DNA of 64,000 nt, from the NCBI GenBank assembly GCA_965217865.1, contig CBDCJO010000001.1, positions 448,001-512,000 of the forward strand, given 5' to 3'. The notes under the pieces are model-generated. The model saw nothing but the letters and a program-made list of their open reading frames with translations, made no database searches and was not told the origin of the DNA. Below are positions 21,176 through 30,908 of the stretch, piece by piece. The stretch's first letter is position 1. Each line of letters begins with the position of its first letter. Position numbers and translations under genes: made by a program. The stretch comes from Candidatus Latescibacterota bacterium (GTDB lineage Bacteria; Latescibacterota; UBA2968; SICM01).

Positions 21176-22500
21176 TAGAGAAGGACCCTCTCCCATTAGG
21201 CCATCCTTTCCATTACCCCCCCTCCACAGCAGCATCCCTCCCCTCCGACCACCTGGGTCACGAGGGATTCCCCCCTCTCATACCACGATTTATGTACCCT
21301 ATATCAAGGCCTCTCCGCCAGTTGAAACATATCGGATGATTCATATTCGGCCCCCACTGAGAGGAGTTAAACCTGAACCCAAAACGGCCGAACATCCTGT
21401 GGCTCATGACCGATGAGCAGCGCACGGACTCCTTAGGATGCTATGGCAGTCCCTGGGCACGCTCACCGAATATCGATCGGCTGGCCTCGCAGGGTGTGAT
21501 CTTCGATAACGCTGTGACCCCCGCCCCTGTTTGTGTCCCCGCCCGGACGTCTCTCATCACGGGAAGATATCCTCATCAAACCGAAATCTGGTGCAACGGG
21601 GACATTCACCGTGAGATGAGTAATTTAATGCCCGTGTTCAGATCCGGGGGATACGCAACGGCGAGTTTTGGCAAGAGACACTATGTGGCATCGGCCCCGG
21701 GATTTGACCATGAAATCGATTTCCACCATTCATCTCTTGTCGGCCCTTATCGATATGACGCCCAATACGATGAAAAGGCATACAACGTAATCAAATATCC
21801 TTCCGATTACAGCCCGTGGATCCTGGGGGGCCGCTTTCCCGAATCGGCCTCTCAAAAATCGGAAGCCCGTGCCGTCCGGCTCGGAAGGGAATGGTTGGAA
21901 AACCACGATCCTTCGAAGCCTTTTTTTCTTCGCATCTCATTCAACGGTCCCCATACCCCTGTCGTCCCCCCCCCCTTCGATGAAATGATTGACCCGTCAA
22001 GCATTCAGCTCCCGGAAGCTGCGGAGGAAGCTCCTGAGGGACGCCCAGCCTGGTTAGCCGAAGAGCTCCACGAATACGCAAAGGCTTCCCGTCTGAGTTC
22101 CGCTGAGATCGATCGGTTGAGATCCTATTATTATGGGGAAGTGTCCTTCCTGGATCATCAATTTGGTATCCTGCTGGATTGGATGAATGCCCGGGGCTTT
22201 CTCGAAGACACCATCATCGTTCTGGTTTCCGATCACGGCACGCATCTTGGAGATTACGGGCTTGTCCAGAAGCAGACCTTTTACGAACCGGTCGTAAAGG
22301 TACCTTTTATGATCTGCGATCCGGGGAGATTCACCGGCGGCGTCAGGATCGACAGACCCGTCGAAATACGGACGCTGCTTCCCACCTTAATAGAGCTTGC
22401 CGGACTTTCGAGCCCTGAGGGAGCGAGCCCCGATAGCCTGGCAAGGGTGCTCGTAACCGGAGAAGAACCCCAACACGGTCCTGTCTTCAGCGAATTTACC

Positions 22501-23613
22501 CTAGTGTCGTGTCCCGCCAATAAGTTCAAATAGTCGCTTAATCTTTTCGAGGATGGATTCTGCGGTGGCAGTCCACACAAAGGGTTTTGAATTTGAGTTG
22601 TAGTGATCGGCGAATTTCTTGATGTTATTGACCAGATCTTTCACGCTACGAAAGGAACCCCGGCGGATTGCCTTTTGTGTAATGATGTTGAACCAGATCT
22701 CGACTTGGTTTAGCCAGGACGCGTAAGTGGGTGTATAGTGGACCTGATATCTTGGCCGGGCTGCAAGCCATTGTTTGGTTTTAGGGTGCTTGTGCGTGCC
22801 ATAGTTGTCCAAGACCAGGTGAATATCGAGATCCTCCGGGACGTTTGCCTCGATGTGCTTTAGGAATTGAAGGAATTCCTGATGACGGTGTCTCGGTTTA
22901 CATTGTGTTAACACTTTTCCCGAGGCGATCTCTAGAGCAGCAAACAGCGTCGTTGTCCCGTGTCTGATGTAGTTGTGAGTTACGCCTTCGACGTAACCCA
23001 AACCCAGTGGCAGAATCGGTTGCGTTCGATCTAATGCTTGGACCTGGCTTTTCTCGTCCACACAGAGCACCATAGCATTGTCTGGCGGGTTGAGGTAGAG
23101 CCCGACAACGTCCCTGACCTTCTCTACAAAGAAGGGATCGTTTGAGAGTCTGAAGTGTTTCTGTCGATGAGGTTGAAGTCCGAAGGCTTTCCAGACTCGC
23201 TGAACGGTGGACTTGGAGAGCCCAGTCTCAGCTCCGATGGACCGACAGGTCCAGTGAGTTGCATGCCTTGGCTTTGTCTTCAAGGTTTTGCCAATGAGCC
23301 TGGCAATCTTCTGGTCGGAGATTGAACGTGGACCTCCAGGACGCATCTCGTCGTAAAGCCCCATCAGCCCTTGAGCACAATAACGATTACGCCATTTCCC
23401 AATCGTGGCATAGGACAGTCCCAGCTTCTGGCCTATCTGTAGATTCGTGAGTCCGATATCACTCATCAGTATGATCTTCGCACGGCGCACCAAAGAATGC
23501 GGTAAGATCCGCGAACCAGATATCGCCTTCAATTCACTTCGGACTTCATCACTAAGGTTCAATGGCTGCAATGGACGTCCCATTTTCATCGGTTCCTCCT
23601 TGGATAAGGGCAT
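22501..23613 (-). CDS. IS630 transposase
   Basis: CVDEKSQ, YIRHGTT.LFAAL, LDNYGTHK, SWLNQVE; the stop codon is supplied by the target CTAG. Confidence 0.95.
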   Translation of the reverse strand: MPLSKEEPMKMGRPLQPLNLSDEVRSELKAISGSRILPHSLVRRAKIILMSDIGLTNLQIGQKLGLSYATIGKWRNRYCAQGLMGLYDEMRPGGPRSISDQKIARLIGKTLKTKPRHATHWTCRSIGAETGLSKSTVQRVWKAFGLQPHRQKHFRLSNDPFFVEKVRDVVGLYLNPPDNAMVLCVDEKSQVQALDRTQPILPLGLGYVEGVTHNYIRHGTTTLFAALEIASGKVLTQCKPRHRHQEFLQFLKHIEANVPEDLDIHLVLDNYGTHKHPKTKQWLAARPRYQVHYTPTYASWLNQVEIWFNIITQKAIRRGSFRSVKDLVNNIKKFADHYNSNSKPFVWTATAESILEKIKRLFELIGGTRH

Positions 23614-23671
23614 AAGGAACCATAAGACGAATCCATTACTTTGTCAAGTTATTTCTGGGACATAACACTAG
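22501..23671 (-). mobile_element. IS630-family insertion sequence (coordinates include the CTAG flanks)
   Basis: Imperfect TIRs TAGTGTCGTGTCCCGCCAATAA / TAGTGTTATGTCCCAGAAATAA; CTAG on both sides. Confidence 0.92.
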
Positions 23672-25197
23672 CAGCCCGTTGAAGAACTACCTTTCAACGC
23701 ACATAAACGGAAAAGACGCCTGGAGTGCGGGTCAGATAAATCAAGGTAAGGAGATTGAGCAGGAGACGCTGATAAGAGGTTAAAAAGGTGACCGAGGGCA
23801 GCAAACGTGATTGTAGGACGAGCAGTAGACGCTGCAAGGCCTTGGCCAGGTCCTGGAGGGCCTTCGGAGTACCTACGCCCATCACTTTGCGCATGAGCAG
23901 AGCCAGGTTGCAGCCCCCGATGTGGATCAGCAAACGCTTGAGGATATTGCCGCGGTCTCTCAAGTGCAACCTGCGCATGCCACCGGTATCATATGTGTGA
24001 GCGATGGTTCTTTCCACCCGTTCTGCACGACTTCGGCGCAAGGCCTTGCCGCGATCTCCCTTGATCCGGCGTCGATTCGCATATACCGCGGCCTGCTCAT
24101 CTCGTCGGCCGTTCCACTTGCGGCGTCCCCGATCCGGTTCTGAAATGTAACTCCGGATGCCGCCTTGCTTCAGACTGGTCAATACATCGTTGCTATGATA
24201 TCCTTTGTCCGCAACCACCTCCCGTATACGCTGTCTGTGCAAACGTTTGGCAGCTTTTTCGTCCTTCGCGACCTGCTTGAGATTGAGCTGCGCCTCGAGC
24301 AGCGTCCAGGGCAACGACCCGGTATCTCCTTCATCTGCTCCCGACAACGCCACTGCCACAATGGCATTGGTGTCCAGATCCACCGCGTGCTTCACCTTGT
24401 GCGCCATGTGCGTGCGACCGTCCTTCATCTTAGCGATCTTGGCATCCGGGTCGTGCGGGTGCTCCCAGTCCTGGTTCGATCCCTTCTTCGGTCGCTTCTT
24501 ATCGATCTTGGACAAGTCCTCGCGGGTAGGCGTTTCAATGCCCGAGGCCTTGGCCAGATTCTCAAGGAATGCCTGGTAGCCTTCACCCGTGTCACGGCGT
24601 ACAATGCTGCGCATCGCGGCGTTGGCCTCCAGTGTCGTAGCATCCACGCCCAACGTCTTCCCCTTCACCAGACCCGCTTTGCACAAGACCCTCAGGATCC
24701 ACTTGAAAACCGCTTCGTGAACTTCCAAGGGAAGCCGATGCCGGATGCGAGACAGGCTGGAATGATCCGGGGTCTGTTCGTCAAGGGCATACCCCAAAAA
24801 CCGGCGCAACGTCAGCGAGTCAGATACACGCCATTCGATCCCACGTTCCGAATCAAGTCCCTCGAAATACCCAATCAAAAGCATCCGAAAATAAACCCCG
24901 GGCGGAATGCCCTTGCGACCCATATGAGGAGCGTAATACCGCTGGCAAAGCCCCTCGACGAACTCGTCGAAGCCGTTCGCCCCCAATACCTGATTCAGCT
25001 TCTCGTAGAACGGATGACCCGGAGATTTCACCAAAGTGTTCGATGCGATGAACAGGTTTTCCTGTCTCTGTCGTCCTCGTTTTCCCATTGCCATTTGCTC
25101 GTCCTCCCTTCTCAGTTTGAACCTGATATATCATAGGACCAAACCACAAGGAAAGACAACAGTCATCTTGGCATAAACGCACTTTTTCAACAGGCTG
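23672..25197 (-). mobile_element. IS1182/IS5-like insertion sequence with a CTAG target duplication
   Basis: TIRs CAGCCCGTTGAAGAACT / CAGCCTGTTGAAAAAGT; CTAG at 23668-23671 and 25198-25201. Confidence 0.9.
23694..25094 (-). CDS. IS1182-type DDE transposase
   Basis: PDHSSLSRIR, VDATTLEANA, DPDA, ADKGYHS, R...VER. Confidence 0.92.
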   Translation of the reverse strand: MAMGKRGRQRQENLFIASNTLVKSPGHPFYEKLNQVLGANGFDEFVEGLCQRYYAPHMGRKGIPPGVYFRMLLIGYFEGLDSERGIEWRVSDSLTLRRFLGYALDEQTPDHSSLSRIRHRLPLEVHEAVFKWILRVLCKAGLVKGKTLGVDATTLEANAAMRSIVRRDTGEGYQAFLENLAKASGIETPTREDLSKIDKKRPKKGSNQDWEHPHDPDAKIAKMKDGRTHMAHKVKHAVDLDTNAIVAVALSGADEGDTGSLPWTLLEAQLNLKQVAKDEKAAKRLHRQRIREVVADKGYHSNDVLTSLKQGGIRSYISEPDRGRRKWNGRRDEQAAVYANRRRIKGDRGKALRRSRAERVERTIAHTYDTGGMRRLHLRDRGNILKRLLIHIGGCNLALLMRKVMGVGTPKALQDLAKALQRLLLVLQSRLLPSVTFLTSYQRLLLNLLTLIYLTRTPGVFSVYVR

Positions 25198-25426
25198 CTA
25201 GGGTCTATATCCAAATTCGGGTTTAAACATAACGGGCGTCTGATAATGGTTCGGGACGACCCGTGGAAACTCACCGCCTGCCTGGATCCAGGGCCTCACG
25301 ACATCTCGCTCCACGATCTGGAAGAAGATCCCTATGAACAAACAAATTTAGCGAACGACCCAAAATATAATCCCGTGAAGAATCGGCTTCTCGAAGGCAT
25401 CCTTGTCCATATAGGTTCTTAAGCGT

Positions 25427-26323
25427 ATGGAGTCCGGAGATAAAAATCCTGATGCGGTGGGGACGGGTTTCCCCCTCCGGGGCCGCCTCGGAATTGGGAT
25501 GACGGGCCTGTTCTGGATTCTGAATTGGACCCTTCCTGGAATCCGAACACATTGGGGGTTCTTCCCTCTCTGGCTGGGTTATTGTTTAACCGTCGACGCC
25601 TTGGTTCAAAAACGCAAGGGCGGTTCCCTATGGACTCGGAGCCGTCCTGCCTATATCGGACTTTTCTGCGTTTCCGTACCCGCCTGGTGGCTCTTCGAAC
25701 TGATAAATTTGCGCACCCTGAACTGGGTCTATGACGGCAGGCAGCACTTTACGGACCTTGAATACTTCCTCTGGTCGTCTCTCAGTTTCTCGACGGTAAT
25801 GCCTGCGGTGTTTGAAACCGCCGAACTCGCAAGCACATTCCGTTGGCTACAAAAGATCCCCCACGGCCCCTCGATCCGACCGACCCCCACAACGCTGTTT
25901 GTACTGTTCACCGCCGGATTTCTGATGATGACCTTGCTCCTGTTCCGGCCCCTCTATTTTTTTCCTTTTGCCTGGGTATCAGTGTATTTTATCCTCGAAC
26001 CCATCAACGTACTTCTGGGAAATCGATCGATCCTGGAGCATACCCGGGAGGGGGACTGGGGGCCGGTTCTGACACTATGGACCGGATCCCTGACATGCGG
26101 ATTTTTCTGGGAGATGTGGAACTATTGGTCATATCCCAAATGGGTATACCGTGTACCCTTCGTCGATTTCCTTCACGTCTTCGAGATGCCGCTATTGGGC
26201 TACTACGGTTACCTTCCATTCGCACTGGAGCTTTTTGCACTGTACCATCTGACTACGGGTTTGATCCTGCCCGCATTCCCTCGGAATTTCATTCAGATTG
26301 CGCCGTGTCAGTGCGAACGATAG
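25427..26323 (+). CDS. Conserved-looking multi-pass membrane protein of unknown function
   Basis: Several hydrophobic segments; WWLFELIN, CGFFWEMWNY, FEMPLLGY.GYLPF. Confidence 0.75.
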   Translation: MESGDKNPDAVGTGFPLRGRLGIGMTGLFWILNWTLPGIRTHWGFFPLWLGYCLTVDALVQKRKGGSLWTRSRPAYIGLFCVSVPAWWLFELINLRTLNWVYDGRQHFTDLEYFLWSSLSFSTVMPAVFETAELASTFRWLQKIPHGPSIRPTPTTLFVLFTAGFLMMTLLLFRPLYFFPFAWVSVYFILEPINVLLGNRSILEHTREGDWGPVLTLWTGSLTCGFFWEMWNYWSYPKWVYRVPFVDFLHVFEMPLLGYYGYLPFALELFALYHLTTGLILPAFPRNFIQIAPCQCER

Positions 26324-26366
26324 GTCCATTTCAGTGTGTCACACGCGGTCTAACAAGGAGGGCTCG

Positions 26367-26720
26367 ATGTCCCGCGTCTACGACTTGTCCGCTATGCAGA
26401 AGTTTGCCCCTGGCAAGATCGGCTTCCGTCAGCCCTTTGTGGAATTGCCTACGATCGGCTGTTCGCTGACTTGCCTCGAGCCCGGCCAGGTGGTTCCGGC
26501 ACATGCTCATACCAGCGCGGACGATATATGGGTCGTACTGGAAGGCCAGGCGGTTTATTTCCAGGGTGGGGGCCGGACCAGCCAGATCCGTGAAGGAATG
26601 CTCGCACTGGCGAAAGCCGGCGAGACGCACGGAGCGAGAAATGACGGACCCGGCCGATTTGTTTTTGTATCGGCCTTTGCCCCCATCCCCATCGATTTTG
26701 TGGAGAGAGAGGAACCCTGA
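26367..26720 (+). CDS. Cupin domain protein
   Basis: HAH....D.W.VLEG, GETHG.RN; AAGGAGG RBS before ATG 26367. Confidence 0.85.
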   Translation: MSRVYDLSAMQKFAPGKIGFRQPFVELPTIGCSLTCLEPGQVVPAHAHTSADDIWVVLEGQAVYFQGGGRTSQIREGMLALAKAGETHGARNDGPGRFVFVSAFAPIPIDFVEREEP

Positions 26721-26796
26721 CCCCCTTTCGTTCGATCTCCTCTTAAACAGTTCCAACGAAGGTAAACCCACTTGATATTTAGAAAGGACCTCCAGG

Positions 26797-27393
26797 ATGT
26801 TTCGAAAACAAATCCTTCTCATAACGGCATTTACCTTGTACCCTCTGGAGTTGTGCGGGGATGCGACCGTTCCACCCGAGAAAATAAATCCCTACCTGGA
26901 TCCAAACGCCTCCCTCGTCGGTGACATCAAACTCGGAAATCAGACCTTTATCGGCCCCATGAGTTCCCTTCGGGCTCTCCCCGGGTCCTTCGTGACGATC
27001 GGAGATGAAAGCAGCGTCCAGGACGGCGCTGTGGTTGTGGGGCTCTCTAATTTTCATTCATTCGGCAGTTTGGGGAAACCCCACGGGGTAAAGATCGGAA
27101 GTCGAACGACAATCGGGGCTCAGGCCCAGGTCCACGCCCCGGCACGGGTCGGGGATAATGTCTTCATCGGAATGAGAGCCCTGGTATTCGATTCGGAGGT
27201 GGGAAACGGGTGTGTCATCCAACCGGGGGCAATCGTGATGGGAGTGCGCCTCCCGGCGAGCCGAAGCGTCCCTGCAAATCTGGTTGTGATCGATCAGGAC
27301 GCCGCCGAAGCCCTCCCGAAAGTGACCTCATCGGATCCCTTTAAGAGACTCCACGAAATGATGATCGCTGTCTATTCCGAGATGGGGAAGTAA
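26797..27393 (+). CDS. Gamma-carbonic-anhydrase (Cam)-like left-handed beta-helix protein, probably secreted
   Basis: VQDG, QAQVHAPARVGD..FIGM; signal-peptide-like N-terminus. Confidence 0.75.
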   Translation: MFRKQILLITAFTLYPLELCGDATVPPEKINPYLDPNASLVGDIKLGNQTFIGPMSSLRALPGSFVTIGDESSVQDGAVVVGLSNFHSFGSLGKPHGVKIGSRTTIGAQAQVHAPARVGDNVFIGMRALVFDSEVGNGCVIQPGAIVMGVRLPASRSVPANLVVIDQDAAEALPKVTSSDPFKRLHEMMIAVYSEMGK

Positions 27394-27399
27394 AATAAC

Positions 27400-28401
27400 G
27401 TGAAGTGGAACTGGTCCTTTCACCATCCAAGGCTCTTCCTCAACGCCGAAGAGATCGCGGAGATTAAAAATCGCCTGAATCGTGAACCCTGGGCGAAGGC
27501 CTTCGACCGGTTGATGGACAGTGCTTCGGTGGCCATGGACCGAAAGGCCGATCCGGTTGAAGGGGAATACCCGGTGGACCCGACCTCGAGTCCTCAACCT
27601 GCTGCCCGCAGCCAACTTCTCAGAGACTGCCACGCGGTGCGGGACATGGGCCTGGCCTACGCGCTGACAGGAGAAGAACGGTTTCCTCGAAAGATCGCAC
27701 ATTATATTCTGAGTTGGGTGGAAGCCTTAACCCCTCGATTTCCGTTCGAATCCTCCGTAGGGGATTTGTGCGTGGCGATTTCCGCGATGTATTACGGGGT
27801 GGATCTGGTCTGGCGTTCGAGAGGATTCACAGATGAAGATAAGTATCGCCTTGCGATGTGGGCGGATGAACTCGCTTGCGATCTGGGGTCGAAGCCCATC
27901 GCGTTCCTGGACCGTCCGGCGGGTTGGGTATCCGTCTTTTATGCGGCTTCTGCTCTCGCCATCGAAGACCCCAAATGGTTCGACCTTGCATTCGATGGAT
28001 TCGGTCCTTTGATCGCGGATCGGATCTCCTCCGAGGGGTTGATGGAGTATGAAAAAATCGGCGAAGATGGGTTGAGGGCGTCCCTTCTCACGCTCAAATC
28101 CTTGACGTTCAATGCTGTGATCGCACGGCAACAGGGCATCGATTTCTTCAATGCCGAGCACCGTGGTCGAAACCTCCACATCGCTTTTCGGAGGTTCGTC
28201 CCTTTTATACTCGACGAAGAAACCTGGCATGGGTCAGACGTGTCGGTTGGAGGGCTTCATAGCGAGCTTTATGAGATCGCTTACCGAGTATGGGGAGATC
28301 CGAGGTTCGCCCAAGTGCTTCGAAGACGGGGACGCAACGCGTTCGATGGTTGCATCCTCGGGCCCGTTCTGCTGACTCACGGTGTGGAACTCGGGGATTA
28401 G
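27400..28401 (+). CDS. Alginate lyase / heparinase-like (alpha/alpha) toroid protein
   Basis: HPRLFL, GLAYALTGEERF, YEIAY..W.D, LTHG C-terminus. Confidence 0.65.
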   Translation: MKWNWSFHHPRLFLNAEEIAEIKNRLNREPWAKAFDRLMDSASVAMDRKADPVEGEYPVDPTSSPQPAARSQLLRDCHAVRDMGLAYALTGEERFPRKIAHYILSWVEALTPRFPFESSVGDLCVAISAMYYGVDLVWRSRGFTDEDKYRLAMWADELACDLGSKPIAFLDRPAGWVSVFYAASALAIEDPKWFDLAFDGFGPLIADRISSEGLMEYEKIGEDGLRASLLTLKSLTFNAVIARQQGIDFFNAEHRGRNLHIAFRRFVPFILDEETWHGSDVSVGGLHSELYEIAYRVWGDPRFAQVLRRRGRNAFDGCILGPVLLTHGVELGD

Positions 28402-28574
28402 GTGTTGTGTTATATTTTTCTTGACAGCGGAATTTTTGAGAAGTACATATTCACGAATTACAAATTCCAAAAATGACTTGTATTTGTGAATCAGATTTGG
28501 TATATAATTTTTCAGTATCGATGGTTCGAAATTTTCAATCTTAAAGACACGAAGAATCTTGAAGGAGAGTTTGG

Positions 28575-28883
28575 ATGGAAGCGATTTTCAACGCTCAAGT
28601 CGGGATGGCATTCGGGGGTATTGCCGTTTTGTTGGTCATTTACCTGGTCCTGATGGGCTGGCTGAAGCGCTCCGGACAGAACAAGCCGGACCAAGAGGGG
28701 AACCCAGCACAGGCCGAAGGCCTGTCGCCACAAACCCAAAAGGTGATCGCTTCAGGTGTCCAAGACGTTCAGGCCCCAGAAGAGAAGAAAAGAAAACAGA
28801 TCAATCTACAGGGAAAGGATGCTGAAATCGCGGCAGGCGTATTGCGCCGAATGTTGCAAGACCCGGATGCGCTCAAAGATTGA
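28575..28883 (+). CDS. Small single-TM protein
   Basis: AAGGAG RBS, N-terminal TM helix. Confidence 0.65.
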   Translation: MEAIFNAQVGMAFGGIAVLLVIYLVLMGWLKRSGQNKPDQEGNPAQAEGLSPQTQKVIASGVQDVQAPEEKKRKQINLQGKDAEIAAGVLRRMLQDPDALKD

Positions 28884-28924
28884 TACATCGGGTCGGGTCC
28901 ACTCTGAAAAAGGAGGTCGCATCG

Positions 28925-29191
28925 ATGATTTGGAGTAGAGATGAGCATAAAGATCTCTTTTGGGCAGGATTCATTGCGGGTGCAGCCGCGGGAGGATTGC
29001 TCGGGATCCTTTTAGCAACGGACTCCGGAAGAGGAGCCCGCGACCAGCTCGGGAGGGTTACTGCCGACCTGAAAGACCGCATCGACGGACGGTTCCGAAC
29101 AAGGGTCAGCAAAGAAAATCCTCAACCCGACAACGATCAATCGAATGTTACTCCGGAGCAGCCGCAGATCGACACGGATAACCCGATCTGA
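28925..29191 (+). CDS. YtxH-like protein
   Basis: GFIAGAAAGGLLGILLA..SG..AR; AGGAGG RBS. Confidence 0.75.
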   Translation: MIWSRDEHKDLFWAGFIAGAAAGGLLGILLATDSGRGARDQLGRVTADLKDRIDGRFRTRVSKENPQPDNDQSNVTPEQPQIDTDNPI

Positions 29192-29224
29192 CCGGACGCT
29201 CATTGGCCGAAATGCAACGTTTGC

Positions 29225-29719
29225 GTGGATGGACATATGGCGATGAATCGTGATCGAGTAATACGTGAAATCAGGGCCGCCCGGAAACACGATCGTCGAA
29301 TCGACCTCCAGGAAGTGACCCTTCGAGGTGCCGATCTGAGTTATCTGGATCTCGAGGATGCCAACCTGCGGGGTGCGGACTTGGAAGGGAGCACTTTCCA
29401 TTGCGCCGACCTGTGGGGTGCCGACCTGAGAGGAGCCAACCTCAGGAAATCTGATCTGAGGGCTGCGGATCTGAAGGAGGCGGACCTAAGAAGGGCTTGC
29501 TTGATTGAAACCAACATCCAGGCGGCGAACCTTCAGGAAGCGGACCTTCGGCTCGCAAACTTACAGAGGGCGAACCTCCAGAGAGCAAACCTCGAGGGTG
29601 CCGATCTTGAAGGGGCAGACGTACGTGAGACCGATTTTAGGAGTTGCCGTCTGAATGGAAGACGCCCAGCACCTTTGAACAACCTGAGCATCGACGATGA
29701 ACTGGACGGGGCAGGGTGA
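29225..29719 (+). CDS. Pentapeptide repeat protein
   Basis: Many A(D/N)Lxx repeats. Confidence 0.9.
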   Translation: MDGHMAMNRDRVIREIRAARKHDRRIDLQEVTLRGADLSYLDLEDANLRGADLEGSTFHCADLWGADLRGANLRKSDLRAADLKEADLRRACLIETNIQAANLQEADLRLANLQRANLQRANLEGADLEGADVRETDFRSCRLNGRRPAPLNNLSIDDELDGAG

Positions 29720-30224
29720 CCAAGGCATAGAGCGCAACCCGATTTATGTCATCGTCGAGAATGTCCGTTCGCTTTTTAACGTGGGATCGATATTCCGAGC
29801 GGCTGACGGAGTACGGGCTCAGAAGGTTTTTCTTACCGGTTTCACGGGATCTCCACCCAGACCGGAGATCGACAAAGTGGCCTTGGGGGCGGATAAGGCG
29901 GTCCCTTGGTCCAGTCACCAAGATACCCTTTCTGTTATCAGTGACCTCCGACGGAACGGGGTATGCGTTCTGGCGTTAGAGAAGACCGACGGGAGTTTCG
30001 ACTTTCAGGATTATCCATATCGTTTTCCCGTTGCCCTCGTTCTCGGACACGAGTTGTCGGGAGTCTCCGAAGAGACCCTGTCGGAATGTGACGGTTGTAT
30101 CCATATCCCGATGCAGGGGATCAAGCGCTCCCTGAACGTTTCGGTGGCCTGCGGCGTCTTGCTATATGAATTGCTAAGGAACATAAGGAACCAAAATAAG
30201 ATCCCTAGGATCTTGAGGTCATAG
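29697..30224 (+). CDS. SpoU/TrmH family RNA methyltransferase
   Basis: NVRSLFNVGSIFR.AD, LGHE..GVS, IPM.G.KRSLNVSVA. Confidence 0.92.
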   Translation: MNWTGQGDQGIERNPIYVIVENVRSLFNVGSIFRAADGVRAQKVFLTGFTGSPPRPEIDKVALGADKAVPWSSHQDTLSVISDLRRNGVCVLALEKTDGSFDFQDYPYRFPVALVLGHELSGVSEETLSECDGCIHIPMQGIKRSLNVSVACGVLLYELLRNIRNQNKIPRILRS

Positions 30225-30908
30225 ATGCCTGAAGAGGATTCCATCCAATCGTTGCAGGGTCGCATCGAGACTTTGGAACGGCAGAGTGTTGACCTAAAGA
30301 AAGAGGTCGAACGCCTCCGTGAAGAGAATCGAAGATGGGCGAGACTGGCGGGAACCGATGACCTGACAGGACTCCCCAACCGCATCACATTCCTTCGTGC
30401 TATCGTCCCGAATGAGGTGCGCAAGTCCATTTCTGATAACGAACCCATTTCGTTTATCTTGATGGGGGTCGACAATCTGGGGGACATTAACGAGAAACAC
30501 GGTCGAACTGCCGGAGACCAGATCATCAAAGATGTGGCTATATATTTGAAGCCTATGATCAGAGAGAACGAAAAACTTGGACATCTCGACGGAACCAACT
30601 TCACCATCCTGATGAGTTCCACGGATATCCAGGAAGCCCAGAACAGAGCGAGCAGATTGCGCACCCAAATCCGTGGGCGATCTTTCACGTGTGGCGATGA
30701 GTCCTTACAGATCACGGTGAGCGCAGGCATCTGTTCGGTTCGCAACACCGAGGTCAAGGATCCCCGTCTCTTGACCGATCTGGTGTTCAAGAGGCTCAAC
30801 GAAGCGCTCTATACAGCAAAGAAAGAAGGCGGAAACCGGGTGGAGATCTATCCCGACACCGAGGTGAAAGCCCCGGGGTCCGAAGACGAGTTGGATAGTG
30901 AGGAGTAA
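30225..30908 (+). CDS. Coiled-coil plus degenerate GGDEF domain protein
   Basis: DDLTGLPNR, TVSAGI, ALY.AK..GGNRV; active site reads LDGTNF. Confidence 0.85.
   Translation: MPEEDSIQSLQGRIETLERQSVDLKKEVERLREENRRWARLAGTDDLTGLPNRITFLRAIVPNEVRKSISDNEPISFILMGVDNLGDINEKHGRTAGDQIIKDVAIYLKPMIRENEKLGHLDGTNFTILMSSTDIQEAQNRASRLRTQIRGRSFTCGDESLQITVSAGICSVRNTEVKDPRLLTDLVFKRLNEALYTAKKEGGNRVEIYPDTEVKAPGSEDELDSEE

Larger units (their letters stand above)
21373..25422 (+). pseudogene. Sulfatase (CxPxR), interrupted by two IS elements; exons 21373-22503 and 25201-25422
   Basis: RPNILWLMTDEQR, CVPAR, SDHG..LGD; the C-terminus resumes after 25198 as LGSISKFG..MVRDDPWKL..LHDLEEDPYEQTNLA*; removing the elements at CTAG restores the frame. 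Confidence 0.9.

Noticed and set aside
21311-21320. tRNA-Ser-like 3' end CTCTCCGCCA
   Set aside because: No T-arm or cloverleaf upstream.
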